Part shown: piece by piece, positions 1 through 12,855 of the stretch
How the letters are laid out: every line of letters begins with the position of its first letter
Numbering within the stretch: position 1 is the first letter of the stretch
Made by a program: the position numbers and the translations under genes
Source: Eledone cirrhosa
Taxonomy: Eukaryota
Direction of reading: 5' to 3'
Length of the DNA: 64,000 nt
NCBI GenBank assembly: GCA_964016885.1
Contig: OZ024741.1
Span: 312,418,001 to 312,482,000, forward strand
The notes under the pieces: generated by a model
Told to the model about the DNA's origin: nothing
Seen by the model: only the letters and a program-made list of their open reading frames with translations
The model's database searches: none

Positions 1-617
1 ATGATACCTCTCAAATAGACATAACATAATACCATACAATAAATAAGTTACTGAAAATATTGTTAAAATTAATATTTTAGATCAATTATTGTAATAGGAT
101 CATTTAATAGATATATACTATAAATATACAAGTCAAACTTCATGAGTCCTAAGGATAAGGACTAGATACAAAATAACAAGTGAAAAAGTAAAAATAATGA
201 ATTGTTTGCGAACATAAAAGTGCCCAATATTAAAAAATATATAGCGTAAAATGCTAGAGGATTTGTTTTAAAATTTATATAATAGACAAACAACACTTTT
301 AAAGTGTCCACGAAGATGATAGAAAAAGGAGCTAAGGATTTGAATGACCCGAATGTAACCCGAATTTAATTAAAATAAATTAAATTAAGTTAAGTAATAA
401 TAGTTATATAATCTAGAACATTAAGGACATATCTAACAATTATAACAATAGAGTGTCATTTGAGTATCCAAATTACTTATAAATGTAACTAGGAGCATAT
501 TATTATACTAGATAAACAAGTGTATTCAAATATATAGAGAGAGTATTATAGGTATTAGTGAAACGATATACATATAATAAATAAATAATTACAATCATTA
601 TTAGTAATAATATTATA

Positions 618-765
618 GTTACGTCCCTTTACGATCTGCGTTCAAATCCCGCCGAGATTGACTTTGCCATTCATCCTTACGGGGTCGATAAAATAAAGTA
701 CCAGTAATGCACTGGGTAGTTGCTGGCCCTGTGCCTAAAGTAGAAACAATTATTAGTAATATTAT
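618..765 (+). mobile_element. tRNA-related SINE, 5'-truncated
   Basis: B-box-like GTTCAAATCCC, then GACTTTGCC.TTCATCCTT.CGGGGTCGATAAAATAAAGTACCAG and an AT-rich tail. Related copies at ~33480, 48340 and 50030. Confidence 0.7.
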
Positions 766-1129
766 AATTGTAGTTTTACCTCCAGTTCAGTGGGAAGAAA
801 GACCAATATTCGACGACAAGTATGATTTGTGACATTTATAACTAAATATATATAAAAATATATATGTACAAATCTAACTTTCTGAATCCCAAAACATACT
901 CAAAATGAGTAAAATATATAAATGCATGAATGATTTACGGTTCACTTATAACCGGTAATCTTACAAGTTATATATCCAAATTATATATTTAAAATAAATA
1001 CAAATATATAAGGATCCCAATCTAACTCATATATATCTAAAATAATCCAAAGGTGTGCATATTCATCAAGAGAACAAGTTAACAAATAATATGTTTATAT
1101 ACCTAAACAAACCCTTTAGTCTAACATTA

Positions 1130-1220
1130 ATTCTTTGTTGCCACGTCGCGCCCCTGCCACTCGAGCCCATTGGACGGCTTTTGTCCCCTCGTGTTTCAGA
1201 GCAAGCACTCTAGCTCTGAT
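1130..1220 (-). mobile_element. short Tx1/L1-clade ORF2 fragment
   Basis: Translates ARVLALKHEGTKAVQWARVAGARRGNK, homologous to RIRALRLEGTKAAYWARVAEARRGNK at ~4855-4940. Confidence 0.75.
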
Positions 1221-2321
1221 AATTTGAAACAACTGAAAACAACAAACCTTAAGATGCACAAAGATACAGTAATGGACTACAAATTTCAGAAGTCCCATTT
1301 ACTGCTGAAATGGAAAACACAGAAAAAGCAAAGCAGGTAAAAGTAACTGCAAAGAAAGAACTGCTACAGAAACTGGCTAAGAAATGGCAAGAAAAGCCTC
1401 TGTATGGAAAATACCCAGAGCGAGCTAACAATCCTGATGTTGACAAAACTTTAACCCATCAGTGGTTGGCATCCTCTGGACTGAAATCGGAGACTGAAGG
1501 ACTGATTATATCGGCACAAGATCAGTGTCTGCCAACAAAAAATTACCAAGCCAACATAATAAAAAATGGATGCAGCCCATTATGCCGTGTATGCAAAAAA
1601 CAACCAGAGACCATTGACCATATAATTTCAATGTGCAGTCCTATAGCTCCAACCGAATACCTAAACAGGCATGACAGAGCTGCACAATACATACATTGGA
1701 TAATCTGTAAGCATTTTGACCTGCCCCATCAAAAGAATTGGTGGGAGCATCAGCCACCTCCCATACTTGAAAAAGATCACATCTCAATCTTGTGGAACTT
1801 TAGCATCCAAACAGACCGAAAAATAGATGCAAATAGACCTGATATAATATTGAAAGACTTTCAAAAGAGGGTATGCCTGCTAATTGATATGTCTGTTCCA
1901 ATAGACAAGAATGTATCTATAAAAACATTTGAAAAATTGAGCAAGTATAAGGACCTGGAGATAGAAATTGGAAAAATGTGGAAATTGAGAACTAAAACAA
2001 TACCAGTGGTTGTAGGCGCTCTGGGGATGATACCTAAGGGGTCTAATGATTACTTATCGCAAATCCAAGGAAACCCGCGTATAGGAGAAATACAAAAGAT
2101 AGTACTAATGGGAACTGCCCATATACTAAGGAAGATTCTGTCAATATAAGTACATCACAAGTCTAAACACTAAAGATGCATGTGTGAATATGTATGTTCT
2201 TTCTTGAACATGGCGGACCTTGTTGTCTCTTGAGGTCACTGGTTGTGACTTGGTGATAACTCGTATGAACATAAAGCAAGATAAATGCAACTGTAATAAT
2301 AATAATAATAATAATAATAAT
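1221..2321 (+). mobile_element. R4/Dong-clade non-LTR retrotransposon, 3' fragment with (TAA)n tail
   Basis: ORF 1310-2149 with CCHC finger and restriction-like endonuclease motifs, a short 3' UTR, then (TAA)n at 2294-2321. Confidence 0.85.
1310..2149 (+). CDS. C-terminal zinc knuckle plus restriction-like endonuclease (RLE) of an R4/Dong element, 5'-truncated
   Basis: CRVCKKQPETIDHIISMC, RHD, RPDII..D, LIDMSVP and K..KY.DL motifs. Confidence 0.85.
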   Translation: MENTEKAKQVKVTAKKELLQKLAKKWQEKPLYGKYPERANNPDVDKTLTHQWLASSGLKSETEGLIISAQDQCLPTKNYQANIIKNGCSPLCRVCKKQPETIDHIISMCSPIAPTEYLNRHDRAAQYIHWIICKHFDLPHQKNWWEHQPPPILEKDHISILWNFSIQTDRKIDANRPDIILKDFQKRVCLLIDMSVPIDKNVSIKTFEKLSKYKDLEIEIGKMWKLRTKTIPVVVGALGMIPKGSNDYLSQIQGNPRIGEIQKIVLMGTAHILRKILSI

Positions 2322-2563
2322 GTTTTCTTTATTAGCCACAAGGTTTTACATAAAGTAGACATTAAGGACAGTACAGGACAATACAGGACGGTGCAAATGG
2401 GCATTTCTGCGTGTAAAAAACAGAGGATGTAATAAAATAACAAAGAAAAATTCCCCAATAGGGGGAAGACTTCCGAGGGACATTTGTGGAGAAAGCCCAT
2501 TAAAAGACCACAGTGACCCTGACCACCAGGGCAAGTACCCTCTCCCAGTTTTCCACCTTTAAT

Positions 2564-5500
2564 TTACAGACACATACTCAGAGAAGGCCCATTCATTCGG
2601 GCCATAATTGCTTCTCTCACCCATCTTTCAACAAAATGCTGGGAAGAGAGCACTTCCCTCTCTACCCTGATTTTCCTTTTCAAATGGAATTTGAAAAAGT
2701 TAATCAGGGCATCACCAAAGAGGTAAGTGCTCGTCTTCAGCCCTTTCAAACGTATCCACCATACTATCTCTTTCGCCATGGCCACCAGACAGATAAAAAC
2801 TGCCTGCCGTTCCCGGCTAAAGGAAGAGGGCGGGGCAATCCTCACGATGGACTCAGCTGATAGCTGGATCCGCCCTACACGTGACAGCAGGTGTTCGACA
2901 TAAACCCACAAGTCAGCAATGCTCGTACACTGGACGAGTGCGTGCAGGACGGTTTCATCGTCCTGTGCGCATCTCGGACATGCCCGGCTGACGGCACCTC
3001 CATGCCTGTAGAGTTTATCCCGAACTTGCAAAGCACCCCGGTAGCACTGCCAGGCCAGGGATTTCTGGAAGTTGTCCATAGGCCCCGGCCCGAAAGTCCT
3101 TCCGAAGTGATAGGCTAGTTGATTTTCGTCGACGCCTAGATTTTCTCCAAATACGTCGACGCTCTTCCCCTCCACTAATCCCCTATAGAACGCCAAGGTG
3201 GAGTTTCCACCGATGACGTTGCCCGATTGGCCGAGGGCTGTGAGCGCCTGAAGACATTCCAGTCTCCAAGCGCTCCCTCTCGGTCTTCGCTTGACCCAGG
3301 ACTGCAGCTCCGTCAAGGAGTCGAGCTGGCGAAAAAACGTGTCTAGCAAACGGCGACCACACCTAATCACCGTCGAGGAAGAGGTGATGTCGTAGCCTGA
3401 GCGCGTGTCTGCGCATCATCAGCCACGGCATGCCCAGCGCTCCACGTAGCGGGTGTTGACAGCAGATGGACCGCCTGACCATCGGAGCGCGTCCCTTCCA
3501 CAAGAAGCGAAAGAGCAAACGCTCCAGCGCAGTCAGGCGGGGCTTAGGACAAGGTACGACGGTCAGGCGGTAGTAGATGACGGACGCGATGTACGCGTTA
3601 ACCACCTCCGCTCGACCTTTCAGGGATAGCTTCCTCTCGGCCCATTTCTGGGTGAGAGAAGCCACCCTGCTCCTCACCTCGTCCCAGTTTTTGTCCGTCT
3701 GGAGGTCTGAACCGAACCAGACCCCTAGCTATTTAACCGGTCCGTCCGTCCAGCGCCCAACGACGCTGTTGGACGGCATGGACCTGCCTCTCCAGGTGCC
3801 GAGCTGCAAGCCCACTGACTTTTCCAGGTTGATCATTGCTCCTGTCACCGCTTCGTATTCTCTTAATGTAGTGCCGATCGCCTCGATGTGTTTGGCGTTC
3901 GACACCACTACGGTGACATCGTCCGCATATGCTGACACGGATCTTCCGCATCGTTCGAGCGGGAGCCCCCTCAACGTCTCCAGTTTTGCAGTAATGGCTC
4001 GAGAGTCAATACGTACAATAGGGACGAGAGGGGACATCCTTGGCGGACCGAGCGCATGATGTTGACCGGTTCCGAAAGGTGACCGTTCACTCTCACTACA
4101 GAGCAGATGTCGCTGTGCATGGCAGCGATCCAGCCTCTGAAGACGGGCCCAAAGCCAGCCGCCCTCAGGACTGCCGCTAGGTAACGATGGTCGACCCTAT
4201 CGAAAGCTTATGATTGATCTAAATTGATCAAAGACCCACCCGTGCCAGGTTTCCTAGCTACCCTCTCTACGATGTATCGCATGAGGTGGAGGTTGTCGTT
4301 CATGGATCTGTCGGGAATGGCGCATGTCTGTGCCTCTCCCACCAGGCCACCAACGACAAGCGCCAACCTCTTTGCTAACACTCTGGCCAAAATCTTGAAC
4401 TCTGTGTTTAGCAGAGTTATGGGCCTAAAATTATCTATGTTATCCCCCTTGTTCGGATCCTTTCTCAGCAGCGCTACCGCTCCTCGGCTCACAGAGCTGG
4501 GAATTCTCCCATTCTGTTGCCAGTTGCAGTAGACGTCCGCCAAGAGGCATCCGAACAAGTCTGGCATTTGTACGTAAAGTTCATAGGGCAGACCATCTAA
4601 AACAGGCGATTTACCCTTTGTGCAGTCAGTCATTGCCTCCCTTACTTCAGCGGCTGTTATCGGCTTTTCGCAACATTCCACCTCAGTGGCCGAGAACCGC
4701 GGCAGTCCGTCGAGGTAGACACTAAAGTCCATCCCTTGATCCGGCCCGCCGCTGCCCCCGAACACCTGAGCGAAGTGTCGCTGAAAAGCTTCACACATTT
4801 TCCAGGGATCGAGTAGCATGCGCCCGTCGTTGTCCACCAAAGACCGGATCGTATATTTGTTGCCACGACGCGCCTCCGCCACTCGGGCCCAATAAGCGGC
4901 TTTCGTCCCCTCGAGTCTGAGAGCACGTATCCTAGGTCTGACAACGCAGCCTTCGTGCTTTGTATTGAAGAATTGATCAAGGGCCAATTTCGCCGCAAGA
5001 AAATCGCTCGCGCTGCCTTTACTAAGCGCCTCTTATTTTCTAACTAGTTCTCCCTCTGCTCTATTTTTCTCTATTACTAACGCCTTTCTAAACCTAATGG
5101 ACTCTATTCTAATCACTCTTTTCAAAGCAAACGACCATTTGTTTTTGACGATGGCCCCCGTCAACGTCAGCTTAACTAGTTCGCTAATCCGGTCTCTGTA
5201 GGCCGTGCGGGCTGTTAATGACGCGTTTAGCTTCCAGTACCCGGGTCCCTGTCTATGAAGCCTATCTAATTCAACCTTACAGATCACGAATTTGTGGTCC
5301 GTGTAGTCGACTATTTTGAAATGTGGACAGCCTATGCTTAGACCTATCTATTTCCCTACAAAATACCCTATCTAGATATGATCTGGATGACCCAATGCGG
5401 TTTGTCCATGTCCGCATTGGCACATTCGTGAAATCCAGACGGTACCTGTCAGACAGTTGAAACCGTCGGAGCAGGTTTGCGAGGCTTTTACACCCTCCTC

Positions 5501-5974
5501 CCATATCCACTAATCCCACACAGTTCCAGCGTGCATCTAACATCCTGTTCCAGTCACCCATAAACACTAAAGTGCGGGACGTTCCAAGAAAGGTTTCCAG
5601 ATGCCGGAAGAAATTAGGCCACCCTCTCCTGTTGGGGCATAGATGGCCACCAATCTGAAAGCTTTCCCGTCTCTGCTGGTCACGTCCAGCACTACCAACT
5701 TATCTTCTGGGTCCAGGAAAATGGGCCGTATGGCGAGATCCAAACCTCTCCGAAAAAGCACAGCAACTTTTCCCCCGTATCCCGGACGGCTGGGAGATGC
5801 GTACACATCGTAGCCGCCGAAGATCGGTGCGAAGGCCCGTGCCTCGGAGATTCTGGTCTCACTGATGGCCACTACATCTATGTTTAGTGACCTGAGGTCG
5901 TTGAGCAGGTGGCCCTGCTTCCATGACGACCCCAAGCCACGCGCATTTATGCTGCCTATTCTGAGTGAGGTCAT
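2564..5974 (-). pseudogene. Tx1 ORF2 (APE endonuclease, RT, C-terminal zinc finger), frameshifted
   Basis: SINARGL, ISET, IYAP, GDWN, SYLDR (APE); GPGYWKLN; FRPITLLNTEFKIL, INLDQS, AYADD (RT); CPRCAQDDETVLHALVQC. Spread over several frames. Confidence 0.85.
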
Positions 5975-6008
5975 GTTGAAATGGAGTGGAAAAGATGGGA
6001 AAGACCAA

Positions 6009-7911
6009 TTACCTTACTTCTCGTAGAGGAAGGACGGTTTTTCCATCCTTTTCACTGCTTGTGGCCTCCTCAGGAAGGATGTCCTTATAAATCCTCCTGG
6101 AGAGTGCTTGTCGGAAGTCTCCGATGTCTTTGGGATATTTTTGTTTTAGTGTCATGTACGTGTTCTGTGTGATACGAGTGATTTGTATGTGTGGAGGTGG
6201 TGTGAATTTTGGGTTGTTGTGTAGTCTTTTTCTGTGATGTTGGTGTTGTGTTGGATGTAGTGTAATAATTGGTTGTTGTTCAAATTTAATGCTGTGTAGT
6301 GTGTATCGTTTTGGTTGTTTTGTTTTGTTTGCGTGTGTTGTGGGTTTGTTTCTGTTTCGCATTTTGGTGACTTTTGTGGTGTAGGTGATGGTGGTGTTGG
6401 GGTTAATGATGGTGATGGTGTTGGTGTTTGGGGTGATGGGGTTGGTGATGCTGGTGTGGATGGTGGCATATCTGTCCTAACCTTTTTGTTTGTTAATGTA
6501 TTTGTTTCCTTCTGTATTTTGTTTTTGGAGGGGGAAGGAAGAGAATTTTTTCTTTTTTGGTTTCTTTTTTTTTTCCTGATACCGTTTCCAACTCTTCGTC
6601 GTCACAATCTGTCTCCAGTTGTGATAGGCCGGGGAGTGGAAAATCCTCCACAGGCGTTAGTTTTGGTTGTGGCGTGGTGGATGGTGTAGGTGCTGGTGAT
6701 AGTTCTGAAGCGTTGGGTGGTGGTGATGTTGGTTTTGCTACTGTTGCTGGGGTTGTTGCTGCTACAGTTGTTGCTGCCATCTCTGCTACTGGTGGTGTTG
6801 ATGGTTGAGTCACTGGGGTGGGTAGGAGAGGTGGCCTCAACCTTTTAGCTTGAGGGCAGAAAGCCCTTACGTGGGTTCTTTCACCACAAGCGACACACCT
6901 AGGTCTTCTGCCCTCGACAATTACGGTGAGGTGGCTGCCGTCAGTGAGGTCGATTACCTCTGGGATCTCCTCAATGCTTTTTGGTCCGCTAGGATCAGGA
7001 GCTCCATCCCAGATCCGGACCAGTTCTGCTTTTCTTTTGCTATTGCTATTATCTCGATGCCGGCGAGGACGGCCGCTATTAGCCAGGGAATTTCGATGGC
7101 CCGTGGAACGTGGGTCACCCTGATCTTTACGAGTCTCTGGCCACAATAGCTTCGGACGAGTGTGAAGTCGTCACTTCTTAATAGTGCCATGGAGTGTTCT
7201 CTAGCCTCCTCTGGCGTTTCAAAGAACACGTCCACGGTTCCATACTTCTGCCCACGTCTGATGTGGGTTTTTCTTGCCCACACATGTCCCAAAGCTTTTT
7301 GGATTTGGGACTCGGATGCCCGTTCCACTCGGCGCGATTTTACATTAATTGTTCGATACAACAAGGTGCATAGGCGCCGATGTTCCATTTTATTAGGTGT
7401 GTGTGTGGGGGGGGGGGCTGACCCTGTACCCATCTTGCTTTACCATTTTTTTGGCATTTTCTAATTCCTCCTGAGTTACCGTAAATTCTTAGCACTATTT
7501 TGCTACTCTGGCAAAACTCAGGGTGGTTTTTTTAATGTCATTGTTGCTGTTGTTATTATCGTTATTTGTGTTATTATTAATTTTAGTTTCAGTTGTGGTG
7601 GTGGTGACGTCAGTGGTGTTTGGTTTGGAAGAGTCCATTTTGGTTGAAATCATTTTGACATCGCGAGTTGATTTATTTTTTCCTTTTGTTTCTGTTGTCG
7701 CGGTGGTGGTGGTGGTGGTGGCGGCTTTAACACCTGCAGTCATTGGTAATGGCGGGAAATGAATGTATGCCTTAGACAAATTTAAAATATTGCTACTGCT
7801 TAAATTTGTTGTGTTGGCAAACGTAGTAATATTTACAATGGTGGTGTCAGTGTGAGGTGTTAGTTTGTGAGGAAGGCTCTCAGCTGCTTGGTGCAGAGGT
7901 GAATTAGCCAT
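6009..7911 (-). pseudogene. Tx1 ORF1 (RRM-like region, CCHC knuckle, Pro/Thr-rich tail), fragmented
   Basis: SFARVAK, VIVEGRRPRCVACGERTHVRAFC and low-complexity P/T tracts, directly upstream of ORF2. Confidence 0.7.
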
Positions 7912-8407
7912 TTTTTTTCAAAGAAATGTTTTGATAATCATAAAAGTTTAAATTTTGGGTACAAGGCCCCAATCTTTTTGGGTGTCCTTTTCGGAAAACA
8001 ATGTATGTGCGCTTATAAACAGTTAACAATAACATTTCCATAAATGGCAATTTTTAACAAACGGAAATAACAAACGTTTGCGGAGCTCACGATGATACGA
8101 TTTACTACGTAGGTCGCCAATAATAATAATAATAATAATAATAGGGAAGAAAACGCACATGGTGGATATATCGTTATGGAATCGCTCCCGTAAGTGTTTG
8201 ATTTTTATATATTTAAAAAAAAAACGTGATAGAATAATTCTTAATACAAATGAAGTATAGGATTACAGTTTCACGCTCAGCAAGCCACGTCGCATCACAT
8301 TACGGCATAGGGCCCCAATATTTAATATTTAATTTGGGATCAGAAATGTTATAGTCGAAAAAGAGAAAAATGGCAAAATGGCTAAGTGGACAGACAGGCA
8401 AATAATT

Positions 8408-8676
8408 TCACCACCAACACCACCACCACCACCACCATCACCACTACCACGCCAAAACCTCTAGTTAAGTTACCTCAACTTCTATTTCTACTTCAACTTC
8501 AACACCATCACTACAGTACTACGATCACATCACCACCACCACTGCCTCATTATCGCTACCGCCGCTATTCTCTTCCACTACCTCCTGCTAAGTACTACTA
8601 GCACATCACCACCACCACCACCACCACTGCCTCATTATCGCTACCGCCGCTATCCTCTCCCACTACCTCCTGCTAA
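8408..8676. repeat. (ACC)n-rich tract with a ~78 bp tandem duplication
   Basis: CACTGCCTCATTATCGCTACCGCCGCTAT...CCACTACCTCCTGCTAAG occurs at ~8540 and ~8625. Confidence 0.75.
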
Positions 8677-9074
8677 GACAGGCATCGTAGTAATCCCACT
8701 AAATGAGGAAGGCATCAAAAGATATAAATAGACTGATTTGATGATCCGGTCAAAAAATCAAAACATTAACAATAAAAATCAAAACAACACAGCGGCAACG
8801 AAAAACGTAAAGAAAAGAAAAAAAGAAAAGAAAAACAAACAGACAGACAGACAATAAAAAAAAAACTAAGTCAGACATTCAAACATTACATTACAATGAA
8901 ACTTATGCATATTTTTGGGGGTTATTACCTATTTGTTTGTTTGTTTATTTATGTTCGTCTACAGTGTGATAGTGCCACGTTAAAATCACCGGGGGTATTC
9001 AAATCACCGGAGGTGACGAAATAACCGGTGGTTATGTAACCATACATTCACCAATCCTCGATAAGAGTGTTTAA

Positions 9075-9452
9075 ATGTCGAACCTAAACAGTTCGAATAA
9101 CGGTGAAGTGGAAAATGGAATGTCATGTGACAGACTCTCACCCAGCAGGTGCTCCCTGGCTCAGCAGCAGGGACCTGGCTGTCAACCAAATACTGCTGGT
9201 GTCGGAGGAAGAAGAAGAAGGAAAGGGACCAGAACCAACTGGACGAAAGAATTGAATAGAACTGTTATGTAATGTTACCTGAAGAGTAACCCAAGGAAAA
9301 GGCTATAGGTAACGGATGCATAACATCTGGAACGAGATTGGTCTATTTAAATTAGATGAACAAAAATTGGCCGGGCAGTCTCGGGTAATAAGAACTATTG
9401 GGTGGATAAGCGAGCTGGAACTGGTGGAACTGAGCAGAGAGATTAGGTTGGA
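9075..9452 (+). mobile_element. R4/Dong-clade N-terminal fragment
   Basis: RTNWTKELNRTVM*CYLKSNP...MHNIWNEIGLFKLDEQKLAGQSRVIRTIGWISELEL resembles the Dong/R4 N-terminal DNA-binding region. Confidence 0.7.
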
Positions 9453-10860
9453 AATGGAGAGTGGAGTATGCCCCATCACTGTGGGCAATATCTTCCGGAG
9501 GCTAGCTGCTAAGGTGGTCTGCAGGTCCATCAAACCTGAACTGGGTGAGGAGCTCTGTCAGGTGCAACTAGGAGTCGGCGTGTTCGGTGGCTTTGAGGTT
9601 GCACATGCAACCAGGCAGTTCTTCAATAGCTGCCCAGAGGAGTCGGAACCCAGGAACTCGAAGCACCTCATTGTCAAGCTTGACATGAGGACTACTTTCA
9701 AAGCACACGCCCTAACCCATCTGCTCGATGCCTGCCTCAGCCGGGCCCCCTCTGACTAGCCGCTGCTCCTTGCTGCTGATACTGTCATAGCTTCAGCCAC
9801 TGGGGTCCAATAGGGTGACCCTTTGGGCCCCTTCCTTTTTGCTCTTAGTATAGACCACGTTACTCGGAGTATACAGCCACGCATCACTCCTTGCTTACCT
9901 CGACACTTGTATCCGAGCGGCAGCTAGGGAATATGCAACGTCAGGTTTGACGACATCTGATGAAAACAGGCTCCATTACCTGTTAGATATATAGGCCTTG
10001 GCCTCCGGTGCCCGATCGCGTTGGCTTTACCGGCGTTTCATTTGTCGGTAAACTCATGCCACGTCCTCGTCAACAAGGTTCTCCTAAACAAAATGGAACC
10101 CATTGTGCTCGAGGAGCATGAGGCCGTCTGAGAGACGTGGAACCGGCTTGGAGTAACCCAATAGAGGTCCCTCCTGCTTCTGCCCCTGCTGACGTCAAGT
10201 CCCCCCATAATATTTGGGATGCCATCCAGTGCAACCTTGCCTCAGACAGGCTAGCGCGCCGGCTCGACAAGCACTGCCTTGAATGATTTCGCGCGGCCTC
10301 ACAGTCTCACAGCGATGCCTGGCTCATGCGTTACCACCTTCTCCACTGGGACGCAGCTGGACAACGATAGCCTGCACATCCAGGCTTCCCTGACGCTTGA
10401 CCTTCGGATCACACAAATCTCGCTGCGTATCCACTCTTTCGGCCTCCACCCACTTTCCTGTCGCTAGAGTGCCGGCCGCCTTCCACGACATTCCGCCATC
10501 AACGAGCCCATAAAGCATGGCTTGGATGCTGCAGGCTTCCCCATTCAGCTCGAGATGGTGGGGCTGGACCGAGGGGACGGCAAAAGGCCAGACGGTATGA
10601 CCATCTTCCCGTTCCACAATGGCAAACCCCTCATCTGTGATGCCTCTTGCAGCAAGTCATTCTCCAGCCACAACCTGGTGCAATCTGCGAATGACCCAGG
10701 CTGTGCTGCACTTCAGGCGGAGGAGGGCAAACTCTCCAATTATCGGTCACTCTCTGGCAGGTATGCGGTCGTGCCAATGGCAGTGGAGACTTCTGGTGTC
10801 CTTGGCCCAGGGGCTACCTCCATAATTACCGCCATAGGCGCAGAGCTGGCATAGCGAGAT
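9453..10860 (+). mobile_element. CRE-clade non-LTR retrotransposon, degenerate RT plus RLE
   Basis: GVCPITVGNIFRRLAAK, QLGVGV.GG, VKLDM, TGVQ*GDPLGP, HPLSC, RH, KRPDGMT, PMAVETSGVLG; internal deletions and stops. Confidence 0.8.
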
Positions 10861-11129
10861 GGAATGGCTCTGCCAGCGACTCTACCTTCCCACCCTACGG
10901 AGAAACGCCTTCTCCATTCTGTCACCCAGGGCCGTGGGGCGGCCAGCACGTGGGACTCCATTTGCTCATAATACAGAGAGATTGGGCGGGTGAGAGAGAT
11001 GGAGGCGATGGTAGTGGGAGTTCGGCTTTTCCGTGTTCGGACCTGGTGTGCGGCGTCAGTTGTTCGAAGGGTAGTGGTTTGCACTTAGCGAAGGTTTTTA
11101 CTACTACTGCTACTACTTTCCATAGCAAA

Positions 11130-11665
11130 TCTTCCTGTTTTCTATAAAGACATTTTTTCTTTATTAAAGTTTACCGTCCCACTAGAAATGTTATGCAAAC
11201 TATATTCACTTAGCCGTTGACTCTACCCTTCCCCAACTTTTTCCCTTTCATTTTTTCCAATTTTGCTATTTATAATTTCATTAAAAAAATATTTGAAAAT
11301 CTCTATCCTCAATCTACCCACGCCCATCTCCGCTCACCCACCATAACCCAATAACATGTATATAAAATGAACACGGCACATATGACAACAGACTGGATGT
11401 TACCACCTATGTAAACTCTCATATCTGAAGAAGTGTCGATTAAGAGTCGGGATACGATCACATGATCAAACCCGAGCTGATCGATATAGAAACAATTGTA
11501 ATATGACAATTGTAATACAAAAAGCTGCAAAAAGTCACTTTATATATACTCTACAAACAACAGCCGCCTTAAACCTTGAGCAAAACCTAACGAGACTCGA
11601 ACCCAGTAATAGCAGCGAGTGTTTCGACCAGATTCGCAGCTAATAAAATGTTACTCACATAATCA
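11130..11665 (+). mobile_element. probable solo pseudo-LTR of a Naiad-type PLE
   Basis: Contains a long-stem-II hammerhead homologous to the one at 52917 and ends at a CA/TA microsatellite. Boundaries approximate. Confidence 0.45.
11419..11506 (+). ncRNA. type I hammerhead ribozyme with extended stem II
   Basis: TCATAT-CTGAAGA-a-GTGTCGAT..(TCGGG..GATCA/TGATC..CCCGA)..ATCGATAT-a-GAAA-CAATTG-TA-ATATGA. Stems I and II pair; stem III is palindromic. Confidence 0.8.
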
Positions 11666-11666
11666 T

Positions 11667-11704
<38 letters not shown>

Positions 11705-11747
11705 GTGTGTGTTTGTGTGTGTGTGTGTGTGCGACTGTGTGCGTGTG

Positions 11748-11790
<43 letters not shown>

Positions 11791-11881
11791 TTGACCACCC
11801 GTGACCCGTTCGTTTAAAAATAATTGTTGAATAATTAAAATAAATACAGACATGTATATAAGGTAAAATGAAATTGGAAGA

Positions 11882-11934
<53 letters not shown>

Positions 11935-12104
11935 GCGGGTGTCTGTGACCTATATACACCGGTCACACACACATACACACACGCACACACTTAGAAGCCT
12001 TTCTATTTAGCAGGATACAGTAATTCTGTATTGGTTTCTTTGAAGTCACCGGTAATAATTTTATTCAACAACACCACTAGCTCTCTCTCTCTCTTTCTCT
12101 CTAT

Positions 12105-12136
<32 letters not shown>

Positions 12137-12141
12137 GTGTA

Positions 12142-12187
<46 letters not shown>

Positions 12188-12307
12188 TGACATAAAGAGA
12201 GATATAGAGAATGGAAGAGAGAGAGCTGATGGTGTTGTATATATATATATATATATATATATGAAGAGAAGTTTATGAAACGGAAATGCGGGTATAAAGA
12301 ATATATT

Positions 12308-12424
12308 AGGTAACAATTGGTTCTATAGTGTGTGGGTTACCTATACCTCGCTATTTGTATAATATAAAATTATTATCATAAATCTTAGGTACACTGTAAG
12401 AGAACACACCATATCCTCAGACCT
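12308..12424 (-). ncRNA. type I hammerhead with ~90 nt stem II (GAAA mutated to GAAC)
   Basis: AGGT-CTGAGGA-TATGGTGTG...CACACTATA-GAAC-CAATTG-TT-ACCT. The 5' pLTR copy (~15348-15436) keeps GAAAC but is deleted internally and truncated. Confidence 0.7.
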
Positions 12425-12855
12425 TTATGGTAGAATGATAGGAAAATATGTTATACACTAGATACGAGAGAAAGTAGGAGGTAGGAAGGGAAGAGGAAGA
12501 GGGAAGTGAGTAAGGGGGAGGGAGTCTTAGAATTCAAGACTGTCAGAGTAGTAGAGATTGTATAGAAGAAAATGTTTTGGCAGCAGTTAGCCAAATGAGG
12601 CGTGTTAGGGTTGGGGGGGGGGGTAACTTTTTCTAGTGGTGTTGTTTGGGCAAAATTTAGTTAAATGGGTCAATGTAGTACAGAATTACAGACAAGTTAT
12701 TGGGGCTATTATATTAGCAGGATATTTCTAAAGGGGTCTAAAATACAGTGTTTAGTGCTATTATTATAAAAAGCCATATCGTGTGTATAAACATATACAA
12801 ATATGAAATGAAAATTTAAATTAAAATTTGCAAATGGTGATGTAAAAAGATAACA

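Larger units (their letters stand above)
2322..8118 (-). mobile_element. full-length but mutated Tx1-clade (L1 group) LINE
   Basis: ORF1 with CCHC knuckle, then ORF2 APE-RT-zinc finger. AATAAA near the 3' end; (TAA)n on both sides (2294-2321 and 8119-8143). Confidence 0.85.
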
